Of a stretch of DNA of 64,000 bases, positions 8,802 through 17,439 are shown piece after piece. Below the pieces are notes generated by a model. The model was not told the origin of the DNA. It saw only the letters and a program-made list of their open reading frames with translations, and ran no database searches. Each line of letters begins with the position of its first letter. Position 1 is the stretch's first letter. Origin of the DNA: Akkermansia sp. (lineage in GTDB: Bacteria; Verrucomicrobiota; Verrucomicrobiia; Verrucomicrobiales; Akkermansiaceae); NCBI GenBank assembly GCA_045646325.1, contig JAZRKM010000046.1, positions 29,405-93,404 on the forward strand, in the 5' to 3' direction. A program made the translations under genes and the position numbers.

Positions 8802-11246
8802 ATGTCAGAGCTTGCCCCTGAGATACTGGCCCCCGCGGGGAATTGGGATTGTGTGCGTGCCGCTGTAGCCAACGGCGCGAATGCGGTGTATTTCGGTCTG
8901 GATCGTTTCAACGCCCGTATGCGGGCCGACAATTTCACGCGAGAGGACCTGGCGGCGCTGGTGCCTTTTTTGCACGGGCATGGGGTGAGGGCCTATGTGA
9001 CGATGAATGTGCTCATCTTTACGGATGAGATGGAGGAGGCTCTGGGCTACCTGGATGCCCTCGATGCCGCCGGCGTGGATGGCGTCATTGTGCAGGACCT
9101 CGGGTTAGCCGCTCTGGTGAGTCATTATCGCCGTGAGGGGCGCTGGAAGATTGAGCTGCATATCTCGACACAGATGACGGTGAGCAGCCCCGAGGCCGTG
9201 CAGTGGGTGGATGAGATGTTCGACCCGCAGCAGATTGTGCTCTCGCGCGAGCTCTCGCTCAAAGAGATTGCCGCCTGTGCCAAAGCAACCACCAAACCCA
9301 TTGAGGTGTTCTGCCATGGTGCGCTTTGTGTGGCATACTCAGGGCAGTGCCTCACCAGTGAAAGCCTGGGGCAGCGCAGCGCCAACCGTGGCGAGTGCGC
9401 ACAGGCCTGCCGCATGCCCTACAAGCTCGAAGTCGATGGCCGCCTGCGAGACTTGGGTGAGCGCCGTTATATCTTCTCCCCTCAGGATTTGTGCGCGCTG
9501 GAGCGTGTGCCTGAGCTTCTGGCTGCCGGCGTGCGCAGTTTCAAAATTGAGGGGCGCCTGAAGAGCCCGGAATATGTGGCTGCCACCACGCGGGCCTATC
9601 GCCGCGCACTTGATGCTGCGCTGGCTGAGCGCCCCCTGCCGCAGCAGAAACTCGCCGCTGACCTTTATGCCATGCAAATGGCGTTTTCGCGCGGGTTTTC
9701 CTTCGGCTGGCTGGAGGGTACAGACCACCCGCTGCTCACCCACGGGCGCTTCGGCAAAAAGCGCGGCGCACTGGCCGGGCGAATCATTCGCGTGGGCGAA
9801 GGCTGGGTCGAGCTGGCCGGGGTGCCGGCCATACCCATTGCGCCGGGAGATGGTTTCGTGATAGATGCCGGGCAGGACCGCAATGAAGAACAGGGCGGGC
9901 GTATATGGAAAGTGCAGGGGGCTCGTCTCTTTTTCCATGGCAAGGGCAGTCGAATCGATTGGCGATTCGTGCGCCCCGGGAATTTACTGTGGAAGACAGC
10001 CGACCCGGCGCTGGACAAGTTCCTGCATGCTACCTGGTGCAACTTTGCCCGCCGGGTGGAGGCCCCGGCGCATGCGCTGAATATACGTTTTGTCGGGCGC
10101 ATGGGGGCGGAGTTGACCGCAAGCTGTTGCGGCGTGACGGTGGGGAGCGGGCAACCGCTGGAGCCGGCCGAGAAGCGCCCGCTCACACCTGCCGTGATAG
10201 AGGAGCAGTTCTCCCGCCTGGGGGGTACCGGCTACAGTCTGGGCTCCTGCTCGTATGAGCTTGAGGATGGGCTGATGCTGCCGCTGAGTGTACTCAACCG
10301 CATGCGCCGTGAGCTGGTGGCAAAACTGCCGGACTCAGCCGCCCCCGCAAAGCGTCAGCCGATAGAGTGGCACGGATGGAGTGGTGATTTTGCCCCGCTG
10401 AAAGCTACTGAAAAGTACCGACTGTCTGTACTCTGCCGCGAGCCTGAGCAGGCCGTTGCCGCAGCGGCTGCCGGGGTGAAGCGTGTGTACCTCGATTTCA
10501 CCGACCTGCGTCAACTTGCTCCGGTGGCGCAAAAACTGCGTGCCGAGTACCCCGGTGTAGGCGTTTGGATTGCTACGCTGCGTATCATGAAACCGCGCGA
10601 GGCCGGTTATTTTAAGTTCATACTCGACGCTCAGCCCGATGGGGTGCTGGTGCGAAACCACGGGGCTGCCCGCTTCTTCCGTGAAAAGGGGCTGCCCATG
10701 GTGGCCGATTTCTCGCTCAACGCCGCTAACCCCGAAAGCGTGAAACTGCTGCGCCGCTATGGTATGCGCTCTGTCACCGTTTCGTACGATTTGAACGCCG
10801 ACCAGCTGGCAGACCTGCTGCGCAGTGGCTGCGGGGCGGAACTGGAGCTTACTCTCCATCAGCACATACCCATGTTCCATACTGAGCACTGCGTGTTCTG
10901 TACCTTCCTGTCACAGGGGCATAATTTCATGGACTGCGGCCGACCCTGTGAGCACCACCGCGTGCGGGTCATGGACCGCACCTACGCCATGCATTACCTG
11001 CGCAGCGATGAAGGCTGCCGCAACACGCTCTTCAATGGTCAGGCTCAGTCTGCTGCCCGTTATGTGGCCGGGGCCCGCCGACATGGCCTTACGCGTTTCC
11101 GCCTGGAGTTGCTGGATGAGAGCCCGGAGCAGACGGCCACCCTCATCTCGGCTTATCGCTTGCTCATGCGCGGTAAAATCGAACCGGCCAAGTTGCTGGA
11201 GCAGCTGGACGCCCTCGACCGAATCGGCGTCACGGAAACAAAATGA
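8802..11246 (+). CDS. rlhA: Peptidase U32 family protein, RlhA-like (probable 23S rRNA C2501 hydroxylase)
   Basis: PEILAPAG, AVANGANAVYFG, HISTQ, HGALCVAYSGQC...SANRGECAQACR (Fe-S cysteines), FKIEGRLKSPEYV; long C-terminal second U32-like region. The rlhA assignment is inferred from architecture. Confidence 0.75.
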   Translation: MSELAPEILAPAGNWDCVRAAVANGANAVYFGLDRFNARMRADNFTREDLAALVPFLHGHGVRAYVTMNVLIFTDEMEEALGYLDALDAAGVDGVIVQDLGLAALVSHYRREGRWKIELHISTQMTVSSPEAVQWVDEMFDPQQIVLSRELSLKEIAACAKATTKPIEVFCHGALCVAYSGQCLTSESLGQRSANRGECAQACRMPYKLEVDGRLRDLGERRYIFSPQDLCALERVPELLAAGVRSFKIEGRLKSPEYVAATTRAYRRALDAALAERPLPQQKLAADLYAMQMAFSRGFSFGWLEGTDHPLLTHGRFGKKRGALAGRIIRVGEGWVELAGVPAIPIAPGDGFVIDAGQDRNEEQGGRIWKVQGARLFFHGKGSRIDWRFVRPGNLLWKTADPALDKFLHATWCNFARRVEAPAHALNIRFVGRMGAELTASCCGVTVGSGQPLEPAEKRPLTPAVIEEQFSRLGGTGYSLGSCSYELEDGLMLPLSVLNRMRRELVAKLPDSAAPAKRQPIEWHGWSGDFAPLKATEKYRLSVLCREPEQAVAAAAAGVKRVYLDFTDLRQLAPVAQKLRAEYPGVGVWIATLRIMKPREAGYFKFILDAQPDGVLVRNHGAARFFREKGLPMVADFSLNAANPESVKLLRRYGMRSVTVSYDLNADQLADLLRSGCGAELELTLHQHIPMFHTEHCVFCTFLSQGHNFMDCGRPCEHHRVRVMDRTYAMHYLRSDEGCRNTLFNGQAQSAARYVAGARRHGLTRFRLELLDESPEQTATLISAYRLLMRGKIEPAKLLEQLDALDRIGVTETK

Positions 11247-11258
11247 TACCTTTCACTT

Positions 11259-12548
11259 ATGGAATTACCAATCAATAGTCACCGTCGTGGTTTGTGGGTG
11301 CTGAGCCCGCTGTTCGTCTTCTTCCTGGTCTATGTTGTGGCCTCTGTCATGGTGGGCGATTTTTACAAGATGCCTGTCACCGTGGCCTTCCTTGCGGCCT
11401 CCGCCTGGGCCTTCATCGTCAGTAAACCGCGTGTGCTCAGTCGCCTGATAGACCGTTTCTCATACGGTGCGGCCAACCCGAATATTATGATGATGGTGTG
11501 GATTTTCATCCTCGCCGGAGCTTTTGCCGGATCGGCAAAATATATCGGCTCGGTTGAAGCCACCGTGAACCTGACCCTTTCCATTCTGCCGCCCAATATG
11601 CTGCCGGCCGGCATGTTCCTGGCGGCCTGTCTGATTTCACTCTCCATCGGCACCTCGGTAGGGACGATTGTGGCACTGATGCCCGTTGCCGCTGCGTTGG
11701 CACCTTCTGCCGGACTGCCTACGGCTCTGATGGCCGGTATCGTGGTCGGCGGTGCCTTCTTCGGCGACAACCTTTCGTTTATATCGGATACAACGATTGC
11801 CTCCACCCGCACGCAGGGCTGTCTGATGAAAGATAAGTTCCGCGCCAACTTTTTCATCGTGCTGCCGGCAGCGTTGCTGGTGTTGGCGGTGTATGTGGTG
11901 TTGGGGCTGCAGTACCCGGGTGAAGTTCACGGGGTTCCCTTTTCCTGGGCTCTGGTGGTACCGTACCTGCTGGTACTGGTCATGGCTATTTGCGGGTTGA
12001 ATGTCATGATTGTGCTGCTGTTCGGTCTTTTTGCCACGGGGATAGGGGCTCTGCTGGTACCGCAGCTTTCGCTTATTGACTGGGCAGGTGCTATGGGTAA
12101 GGGGATTACAGGCATGGGTGAACTCATTATCGTGACCCTGCTTGCCGGCGGGTTGCTGGAGCTTATCCGTTACAATGGCGGGTTGAAGTATATCATTACC
12201 CACCTTACCGCAAAAATCACCTCCCGCCGCGGGGCTGAGTTTACCATCGCTCTGCTGGTGACCTTCGCTAACCTCTGCACGGCTAACAATACGGTTGCTA
12301 TTGTGGCTGTGGGTGATATAGCCCGTTGTGTGGCCGAGCGCTTCGGCGTCCCCGCACCTCGTGCAGCCAGTCTGCTTGATACGTTCTCCTGCATTGTGCA
12401 GGGGATGCTGCCCTACGGTGCCCAGTTGCTCATGGGGGCCTCTCTGGCCGGTATCGCCACGCTCGATATCATTCCCTACCTTTTCTATAACTACGTGTTG
12501 GCCCTCGCCTGCGTGATTGTCATCTTCATCAACAGCCGAGGCAAGTAA
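11259..12548 (+). CDS. NhaC-family Na+/H+ antiporter / amino-acid transporter
   Basis: Polytopic membrane protein; GTSVGTI, GGAFFGDNLSFISDTTI, ANNTVAI, ASLLDTFSC, PYGAQLL motifs. Confidence 0.85.
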   Translation: MELPINSHRRGLWVLSPLFVFFLVYVVASVMVGDFYKMPVTVAFLAASAWAFIVSKPRVLSRLIDRFSYGAANPNIMMMVWIFILAGAFAGSAKYIGSVEATVNLTLSILPPNMLPAGMFLAACLISLSIGTSVGTIVALMPVAAALAPSAGLPTALMAGIVVGGAFFGDNLSFISDTTIASTRTQGCLMKDKFRANFFIVLPAALLVLAVYVVLGLQYPGEVHGVPFSWALVVPYLLVLVMAICGLNVMIVLLFGLFATGIGALLVPQLSLIDWAGAMGKGITGMGELIIVTLLAGGLLELIRYNGGLKYIITHLTAKITSRRGAEFTIALLVTFANLCTANNTVAIVAVGDIARCVAERFGVPAPRAASLLDTFSCIVQGMLPYGAQLLMGASLAGIATLDIIPYLFYNYVLALACVIVIFINSRGK

Positions 12549-12584
12549 AAGAAAGAGGTACGAAGTTTTGCTTCGTACCTCTTT
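12549..12584. terminator. Bidirectional intrinsic terminator between NhaC and the His-rich peptide gene
   Basis: AAAGAGGTACGAAG-ttttg-CTTCGTACCTCTTT perfect inverted repeat. Confidence 0.85.
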
Positions 12585-12596
12585 GACTTACCGACT

Positions 12597-12749
12597 TTAG
12601 TGGTGCGGCCCATGGAACCCGTGATGCGGCCCATGGTGCGGCGGTCTGTGATGGAAACTGTGGTGATGGCCGTGGTGATGATGGTGGCAGGCGCTCAGTC
12701 CCAGCAGGCTCAGCGCAGCAACGAGGGCTATGGCTAATTTGTTTTTCAT
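12597..12749 (-). CDS. Small (50 aa) histidine-rich lipoprotein
   Basis: Below the ORF-track cutoff. Manual translation MKNKLAIALVAALSLLGLSA-CHHHHHGHHHSFHHRPPHHGPHHGFHGPHH*. Signal peptide II with lipobox LSA|C, own AT-rich promoter, downstream terminator. Confidence 0.85.
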   Translation of the reverse strand: MKNKLAIALVAALSLLGLSACHHHHHGHHHSFHHRPPHHGPHHGFHGPHH

Positions 12750-12794
12750 CGTGATGTGGTTTGGTTGATGGATTGATAAATAGTTGTTAAGTTT

Positions 12795-12835
12795 GATAAC
12801 GATAATTATTTAACATATAAAACAGAAAACGTCAA
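12795..12835 (-). promoter_or_regulatory. Promoter of the His-rich peptide gene with an overlapping Fur-like box
   Basis: Minus-strand TTGACG (12830-12835), 17 nt, TAAATA (12807-12812). GATAACGATAATTATTTAA (12795-12813) matches the E. coli Fur consensus GATAATGATAATCATTATC at 14/19. Confidence 0.5.
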
Positions 12836-12904
12836 GAAAAAAAGTTAAAAAATGACAACAAAATGTTAACTTTTTGCAAAAAAGGGCGAATTCTATCGTG
12901 ATAC

Positions 12905-12980
12905 AGCGGAGGCTACAGGCCAAACCCTTCAGTCGAAAGCCGAGCGGGGTATTGACCTGTAGCCTCTGCTTGTTAGTTAA
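12905..12980 (+). ncRNA. Candidate small hairpin RNA (unassigned); alternatively a 3' stem of the convergent gene
   Basis: 15-bp stem (12905-12919/12956-12970, one G.U) extended by CAA/TTG and ACCC/GGGT pairs. TATCGT at 12894-12899 lies 5 nt upstream and a U-rich tail follows. Confidence 0.35.
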
Positions 12981-12998
12981 GAAAACGGAGCGAATGCG

Positions 12999-14048
12999 TC
13001 ACTTTTTGGCTTTGAGCGGCACGACGTGGTGCGGGCCGGGCTTGGTGCCTTTGAACTTGGGGTTCATGGAGGCGATGTGATCGTTGGTGATGGTGAAGGT
13101 AAAGGTGCCACCCTCCGCTTTGTCCTGAGCGTCAATGATGTGGTCGAATACGCAGATGGGAGCATTTCCCGGTGTTTCGGGAGCAACGAAGAGGCCGATA
13201 GCCATGGAGGGGCGTTCGAGCCCTTCGCGGTCGGTAATTTTGTAGGTAATGGTATTGACGCCACGCTTGAGGCCGCCGGAAATGACATCTGCTCTGCGCT
13301 CGTCATCGAACTCGTGCATGGAGACATCGTTGATGGTCATTTCAATGTTACGGCCGGGGCAATCAACAAAAACCTTGCCGATAAGTACGGGAGAGCTGCA
13401 CGCGGGCGGCGTGGTGGGGATTCGATCGTAGGGCTGGAACCCATCTTGTTCTTGCAGCAGAGTGAGGTCTTTCTCGCGGAGTCGCTTACGCACATCGGGC
13501 AACTGGGTGAGATTGAACATGCGGGTCTGGTCGAGCTTCCAGCGACCGCCTTCAAAAACGAACTCCAGTACGAAGGCATTTTCGGCCGCTTTGCCGCTGC
13601 CCAACTGCACGTTGCCGATGTAGGTGCTGGCCATGGTATAGCCGTTGCAACCGAGCAGGGAGCCGACGTAGGCGAAGTTTTCGAGTTTGGGGGCCTCTTG
13701 CGTCTGGCGGAAGTAATCGCGCGGGAAGGTGCCACGCTGAGAGACAATCAGGTTGCGTACCTTCATCTGGCGTGAGTTGGATGTCGTGGAGCGCCAAGCC
13801 TGCTCACTACCGCGAATAAGACTGAGCCGCCAGGTATTGTACACCGTTTCAGCCGTGGTGCGCGACTTCTCTTGATCCGGCACAATGAAGCGCTGAGTTG
13901 AGGGGCGGGGCTGATTCTGCTGCTGTGCGGCCTGCTGTCGGGCTGCGCGTCGCTTCAGCTCAGCCTCGATGGCGGCGGGTGTGGCAGCCCCTGCTGCCAT
14001 GCTCAGAAGAGCACTTGCGGCAACGATGGACGAAAAATTTGCTCTCAT
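12999..14048 (-). CDS. Hypothetical exported protein
   Basis: 349-aa ORF with signal peptide and strong codon bias; promoter TTGCCA-17-TAGAGT 10 nt upstream. Confidence 0.8.
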   Translation of the reverse strand: MRANFSSIVAASALLSMAAGAATPAAIEAELKRRAARQQAAQQQNQPRPSTQRFIVPDQEKSRTTAETVYNTWRLSLIRGSEQAWRSTTSNSRQMKVRNLIVSQRGTFPRDYFRQTQEAPKLENFAYVGSLLGCNGYTMASTYIGNVQLGSGKAAENAFVLEFVFEGGRWKLDQTRMFNLTQLPDVRKRLREKDLTLLQEQDGFQPYDRIPTTPPACSSPVLIGKVFVDCPGRNIEMTINDVSMHEFDDERRADVISGGLKRGVNTITYKITDREGLERPSMAIGLFVAPETPGNAPICVFDHIIDAQDKAEGGTFTFTITNDHIASMNPKFKGTKPGPHHVVPLKAKK

Positions 14049-14112
14049 AACGGTCTATACTCTACTACATGCTTGCTTTTTTGGCAAGAAAATAGCATAC
14101 TAGTGCTACGTT

Positions 14113-14991
14113 ATGACGTCATTTTCGGAGCAAACATCAGAACTCGGTGATATCCGGCGAATTCCGGCCGGTACACCGTCTTTTGTGTGGAAACGATTTT
14201 CTGATGGCGTCGAGCTCAAAGTGCATATGTTTGCACCACCGGGGCATGTCGAGACTGCTTTCATGCCGGCGGTGATGTTTTTCCACGGTGGCATGTGGGC
14301 ACTGGAGTTCAGTGAGGAATTTGTGGCTTGGGCCGTGCACCTGTCAACACGCGGTATCGTGTGTTTGCTGCCGGAGTACAGAACCCACGCGAATTACGAT
14401 GTGTCGGCAGAGGATATCATACAGGATGGCCTCGATGCCTGGCGGTGGCTGCACGACAATGCCGGCGGTTTAGGCATTGACCAGTACGCCATCACACTGG
14501 CCGGGACGGATGCCGGTGGGCTGATGGCGCTCAATGCCGCCATGCAGCCTATGTTGCAGACTCGCCGTTGGTGGAAAATCGGCAGCCGCGACGAACTACC
14601 CCTGCAGCCGGCCGCCGTGGCGATATTCCGCGGTCTGGTGGATGTGCATTCTCCCGAAGCACGCCAGCTGAATTGTAAGGCCGAGGTGAGTTCTCCCGAT
14701 CGTTTCAACCCATGCGCACTGTTGCGACGTTATCTGCCGCCGCTTTTCTGTGCTCAGGGTATGGCAGACCCGCTGCAGGACTACGCCATGCGCGAGTGGT
14801 TCTGCGATGAGTGGCGCGCTTTGGGCAATGAGGTGGAGCTGGTGCTCTGCCCGGGGGCCGACCATACTCTTACTCATTTTTCCGTCAATCCCACTGTATT
14901 TGAGCAGGTTCTTCTCGCGTGGGAAAGCTTTATGGCGCGCCAGGGTATCTGGCCACCCGGCGTGGTTGAGGAACACGCACTGATGGTCTGA
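14113..14991 (+). CDS. Alpha/beta hydrolase (HSL-like esterase fold) with an atypical nucleophile elbow
   Basis: FFHGGMW oxyanion motif, GIDQYAITLAGTDAGG elbow, GMADPL acid, GADH histidine. Confidence 0.8.
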   Translation: MTSFSEQTSELGDIRRIPAGTPSFVWKRFSDGVELKVHMFAPPGHVETAFMPAVMFFHGGMWALEFSEEFVAWAVHLSTRGIVCLLPEYRTHANYDVSAEDIIQDGLDAWRWLHDNAGGLGIDQYAITLAGTDAGGLMALNAAMQPMLQTRRWWKIGSRDELPLQPAAVAIFRGLVDVHSPEARQLNCKAEVSSPDRFNPCALLRRYLPPLFCAQGMADPLQDYAMREWFCDEWRALGNEVELVLCPGADHTLTHFSVNPTVFEQVLLAWESFMARQGIWPPGVVEEHALMV

Positions 14992-15091
14992 GCTTCTCGC
15001 TCCGTGGGGGTGCCGTTGCTATGCCTGTCATGGTGCTTGTTTATGCTTGCCCCTGCTGTTAAACTGTGATACATTTTGCAGAAATCTTCGC

Positions 15092-15901
15092 ATGGGTTAT
15101 AAGCTGTCAGTTATGTTATGCGCTCTCACGTTCTGTATGGCGTGGGGGAATAACTGTGATGATGGTGTGCCCGAGACTCTGGAGTCCGGCCCGGCTCTCT
15201 TTGAGGAGGAAAGGCCTGAACCGCGGTATCGTAGTCCGATGGCTGCGATGGCGGAGCGCTACCGTTTGCCTGTGGAAATGGAGATTCTGCCCGAATGGCA
15301 ACTCACAGAGGAGCAGATGCACACGGCCTCTCTCCCGCCATATGGTATTGTGAAAAACGGGCGCGTGGTGCGCTATGTGTACCCGGAAGATGAAGAGCCG
15401 ACTGAAGAGCAGTTGGCTGATGGCTCGGCGCTGACCGCCAAACAGCGTAAGCTCATGCGCCGAGCTCGCCGCGCGGCCTTGAATCGGGCTGCTTTGCAGG
15501 CGAAAATCGAGGCCGAGAAGTACAATCGCGAACACGCTGAGGCTTTGGCCGCCGCAGACAAGAAAGGCCGCCATATCATTATCCGCCTCAAGGAACAACA
15601 GGGGGTTTTGATGGATGGAATGACGGAGTTGCGCACATTCCGTGTGTGCAGCGGTAAAAAAACAACCCCTACACCCAAGGGCCATTTCCGCGTGATGGAG
15701 AAAGATAAGGACCACGTTTCCAATCTCTATCACTGTGCTATGCCCTATTTCATGCGGCTTACGCTCGATGGTGTGGGGTTGCACCAGGGGCCGGTGCGTT
15801 CATACCCTGCGTCCCATGGCTGCATTCGATTGAATTGGAATGACGCCCGTTTCCTTTTTGACCACAGTGAGGTCGGAACGGCGGTCTTTGTGGTGGATTA
15901 A
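15092..15901 (+). CDS. L,D-transpeptidase (YkuD/ErfK) family protein
   Basis: Signal peptide; CSGKKTTPTPKGHF, MPYFMRL, GVGLHQG...SHGCIRL. Confidence 0.88.
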   Translation: MGYKLSVMLCALTFCMAWGNNCDDGVPETLESGPALFEEERPEPRYRSPMAAMAERYRLPVEMEILPEWQLTEEQMHTASLPPYGIVKNGRVVRYVYPEDEEPTEEQLADGSALTAKQRKLMRRARRAALNRAALQAKIEAEKYNREHAEALAAADKKGRHIIIRLKEQQGVLMDGMTELRTFRVCSGKKTTPTPKGHFRVMEKDKDHVSNLYHCAMPYFMRLTLDGVGLHQGPVRSYPASHGCIRLNWNDARFLFDHSEVGTAVFVVD

Positions 15902-16377
15902 TAATACTGCGACAGGATTTCCCGCAGGCGCTTATCGTCTGCTTCGCTCAGTAATATCTTACCACTTTCAGTCAGGCTGCCGGTTTGTGGGCTGCCGAAG
16001 TCGTAATTGCTTACGGTCATGATGTCGCTGCCATCTGCGGCCACGAAGCAGATATCAATCTGCTCTTGCCAGATGTGCACCAGGGAATACTTTTGCACCG
16101 GGGTTGCCCGGCGGAAAATATCGCACACCACAGCTTTGTCGGCAGCAGAGAGCAGGGCAGTGGCCGGGGCGCCGGGGGCGATGATTTTGATGGCGGCACA
16201 TTGAGCCGCAGCTACCCGAACCTGCTCGGTAAAGTCTCTGTTTGCTTCGGCCGCTGCTTCGGGGAGGGGGTGTGACAGCGTGGCCAAGCACGGCCCACAA
16301 GCGGCGAATGCCATGAGGCCAGCGAAGACGATATCTTTCAAGCTGCTCATGGTTCCGGTTGTTAGCTCAGAGCTCAT
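15898..16377 (-). CDS. Hypothetical exported protein downstream of queC
   Basis: Signal-like segment; start overlaps the queC stop region. No recognisable family. Confidence 0.6.
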   Translation of the reverse strand: MSSELTTGTMSSLKDIVFAGLMAFAACGPCLATLSHPLPEAAAEANRDFTEQVRVAAAQCAAIKIIAPGAPATALLSAADKAVVCDIFRRATPVQKYSLVHIWQEQIDICFVAADGSDIMTVSNYDFGSPQTGSLTESGKILLSEADDKRLREILSQYY

Positions 16378-17023
16378 AATCAGTCGGGTCGGGGAGTCCG
16401 GCTGCGGCGAATGACTCCCGGCGCTCGCGGCAAGTGGCGCACTGACCGCAGTGCTGTTCGCGCCCGCAGTAGCAGGAATAGGTGTGGGTGAAGTCCACGC
16501 CGAGCTGGGCGCCGATGGCGGTGATTTCTCCCTTGCTGTGGGTGATGAAGGGGCGCAGAATTTCCAGATGAGCGTAGGTACCCAGTGAGATAGCGGAGGC
16601 CATGGCCGTCATGAAATCCTCTCGGCAATCGGGGTAGAGCGCGTGGTCGCCGCCATGCGCGGCTATGACGATACCTGTTGCACCGTTGCTCTCGGCAATT
16701 CCGGCGGCTATGGCCAGAAAGATGCCGTTGCGGAAAGGAACAACAGTCTGCTTCAGGTTGTCTTCCGCGTAATCAGCCGTGGGGATGGCATCCGCACCGC
16801 TCAGCAGGGCGCTTTGCAGGTGCGCCGAAATGGAGCGCAGGTCAATCTCGTGGTAAGGTATACCCAGTTGCTCGGCCTGATAGCGGGCGCATGCCAGCTC
16901 GCGGGCAGCGTGATTGCTGCCGTAGTCGAAAGAAAGGGCGCACACCACTTCGTGATGGTGGTGCGCCCAATGAAGAGCGGTGGTGGAATCCAACCCGCCG
17001 GAGAGCAGAACGGCTACTTTCAT
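16367..17023 (-). CDS. queC: 7-cyano-7-deazaguanine synthase
   Basis: LLSGGLDST, FDYG, VPFRNGIFL, YPDCR, TYSCY...HCGQCATCRER. Confidence 0.96.
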   Translation of the reverse strand: MKVAVLLSGGLDSTTALHWAHHHHEVVCALSFDYGSNHAARELACARYQAEQLGIPYHEIDLRSISAHLQSALLSGADAIPTADYAEDNLKQTVVPFRNGIFLAIAAGIAESNGATGIVIAAHGGDHALYPDCREDFMTAMASAISLGTYAHLEILRPFITHSKGEITAIGAQLGVDFTHTYSCYCGREQHCGQCATCRERRESFAAAGLPDPTDYEL

Positions 17024-17433
17024 GCAGGGCGGTTCTCAGGCTTGTGCTCGGCGGTGCAGGTCAGCTGTATACCGCCGCGGGCGCCGAAACGGCCTTCCAC
17101 TTTCATCCAGGCCGGGTCAACAGCTGCTACCAAATCATCGAGTATGCGGTTGACAACCTGTTCGTTGAATGCTGCGTAGTTGCGGAAGGATACCAGGTAG
17201 TATTTCAGGCTCTTGGTTTCCACCACTTTCTCAGCCGGGGTGTAGGTGATGGTCAGTTCGCAGCTGTCCGGCTGCCCCGTCACGGGGCAGAGGGACGAGA
17301 ACTCGTGCGTGGTGAGGGTTACCACGTAGGGGCGCTGCGGGCTGCGGTTCGGGAACGCCTCCAGCTTAGCTTCTTCGGGTGTGCGGAAGAATTCGCTGTG
17401 CTTGCCGAGCAGGGAAAGGTCTTTGTTGTCCAT
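17020..17433 (-). CDS. queF: NADPH-dependent preQ0 reductase (type I)
   Basis: EFSSLCPVTGQPD, VETKSLKYYL.SFRN, GRFGARGGI. Confidence 0.95.
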   Translation of the reverse strand: MDNKDLSLLGKHSEFFRTPEEAKLEAFPNRSPQRPYVVTLTTHEFSSLCPVTGQPDSCELTITYTPAEKVVETKSLKYYLVSFRNYAAFNEQVVNRILDDLVAAVDPAWMKVEGRFGARGGIQLTCTAEHKPENRPA

Positions 17434-17439
17434 GGTCAA

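Noticed and set aside
12905-12970. SRP RNA, c-di-GMP-I or yybP riboswitch identity for the hairpin
   Set aside because: Only fragments match (GAAA loop, AAACCC, GUCAAUAC). The SRP CAGG-N3-GNRA-N3-AGCA spacing and the riboswitch second domains are absent.
12597-12980. Type I toxin-antitoxin interpretation of the small peptide plus hairpin RNA
   Set aside because: The RNA is divergent, non-overlapping and shows no evident complementarity to the peptide mRNA. The hydrophobic segment is a lipoprotein signal.
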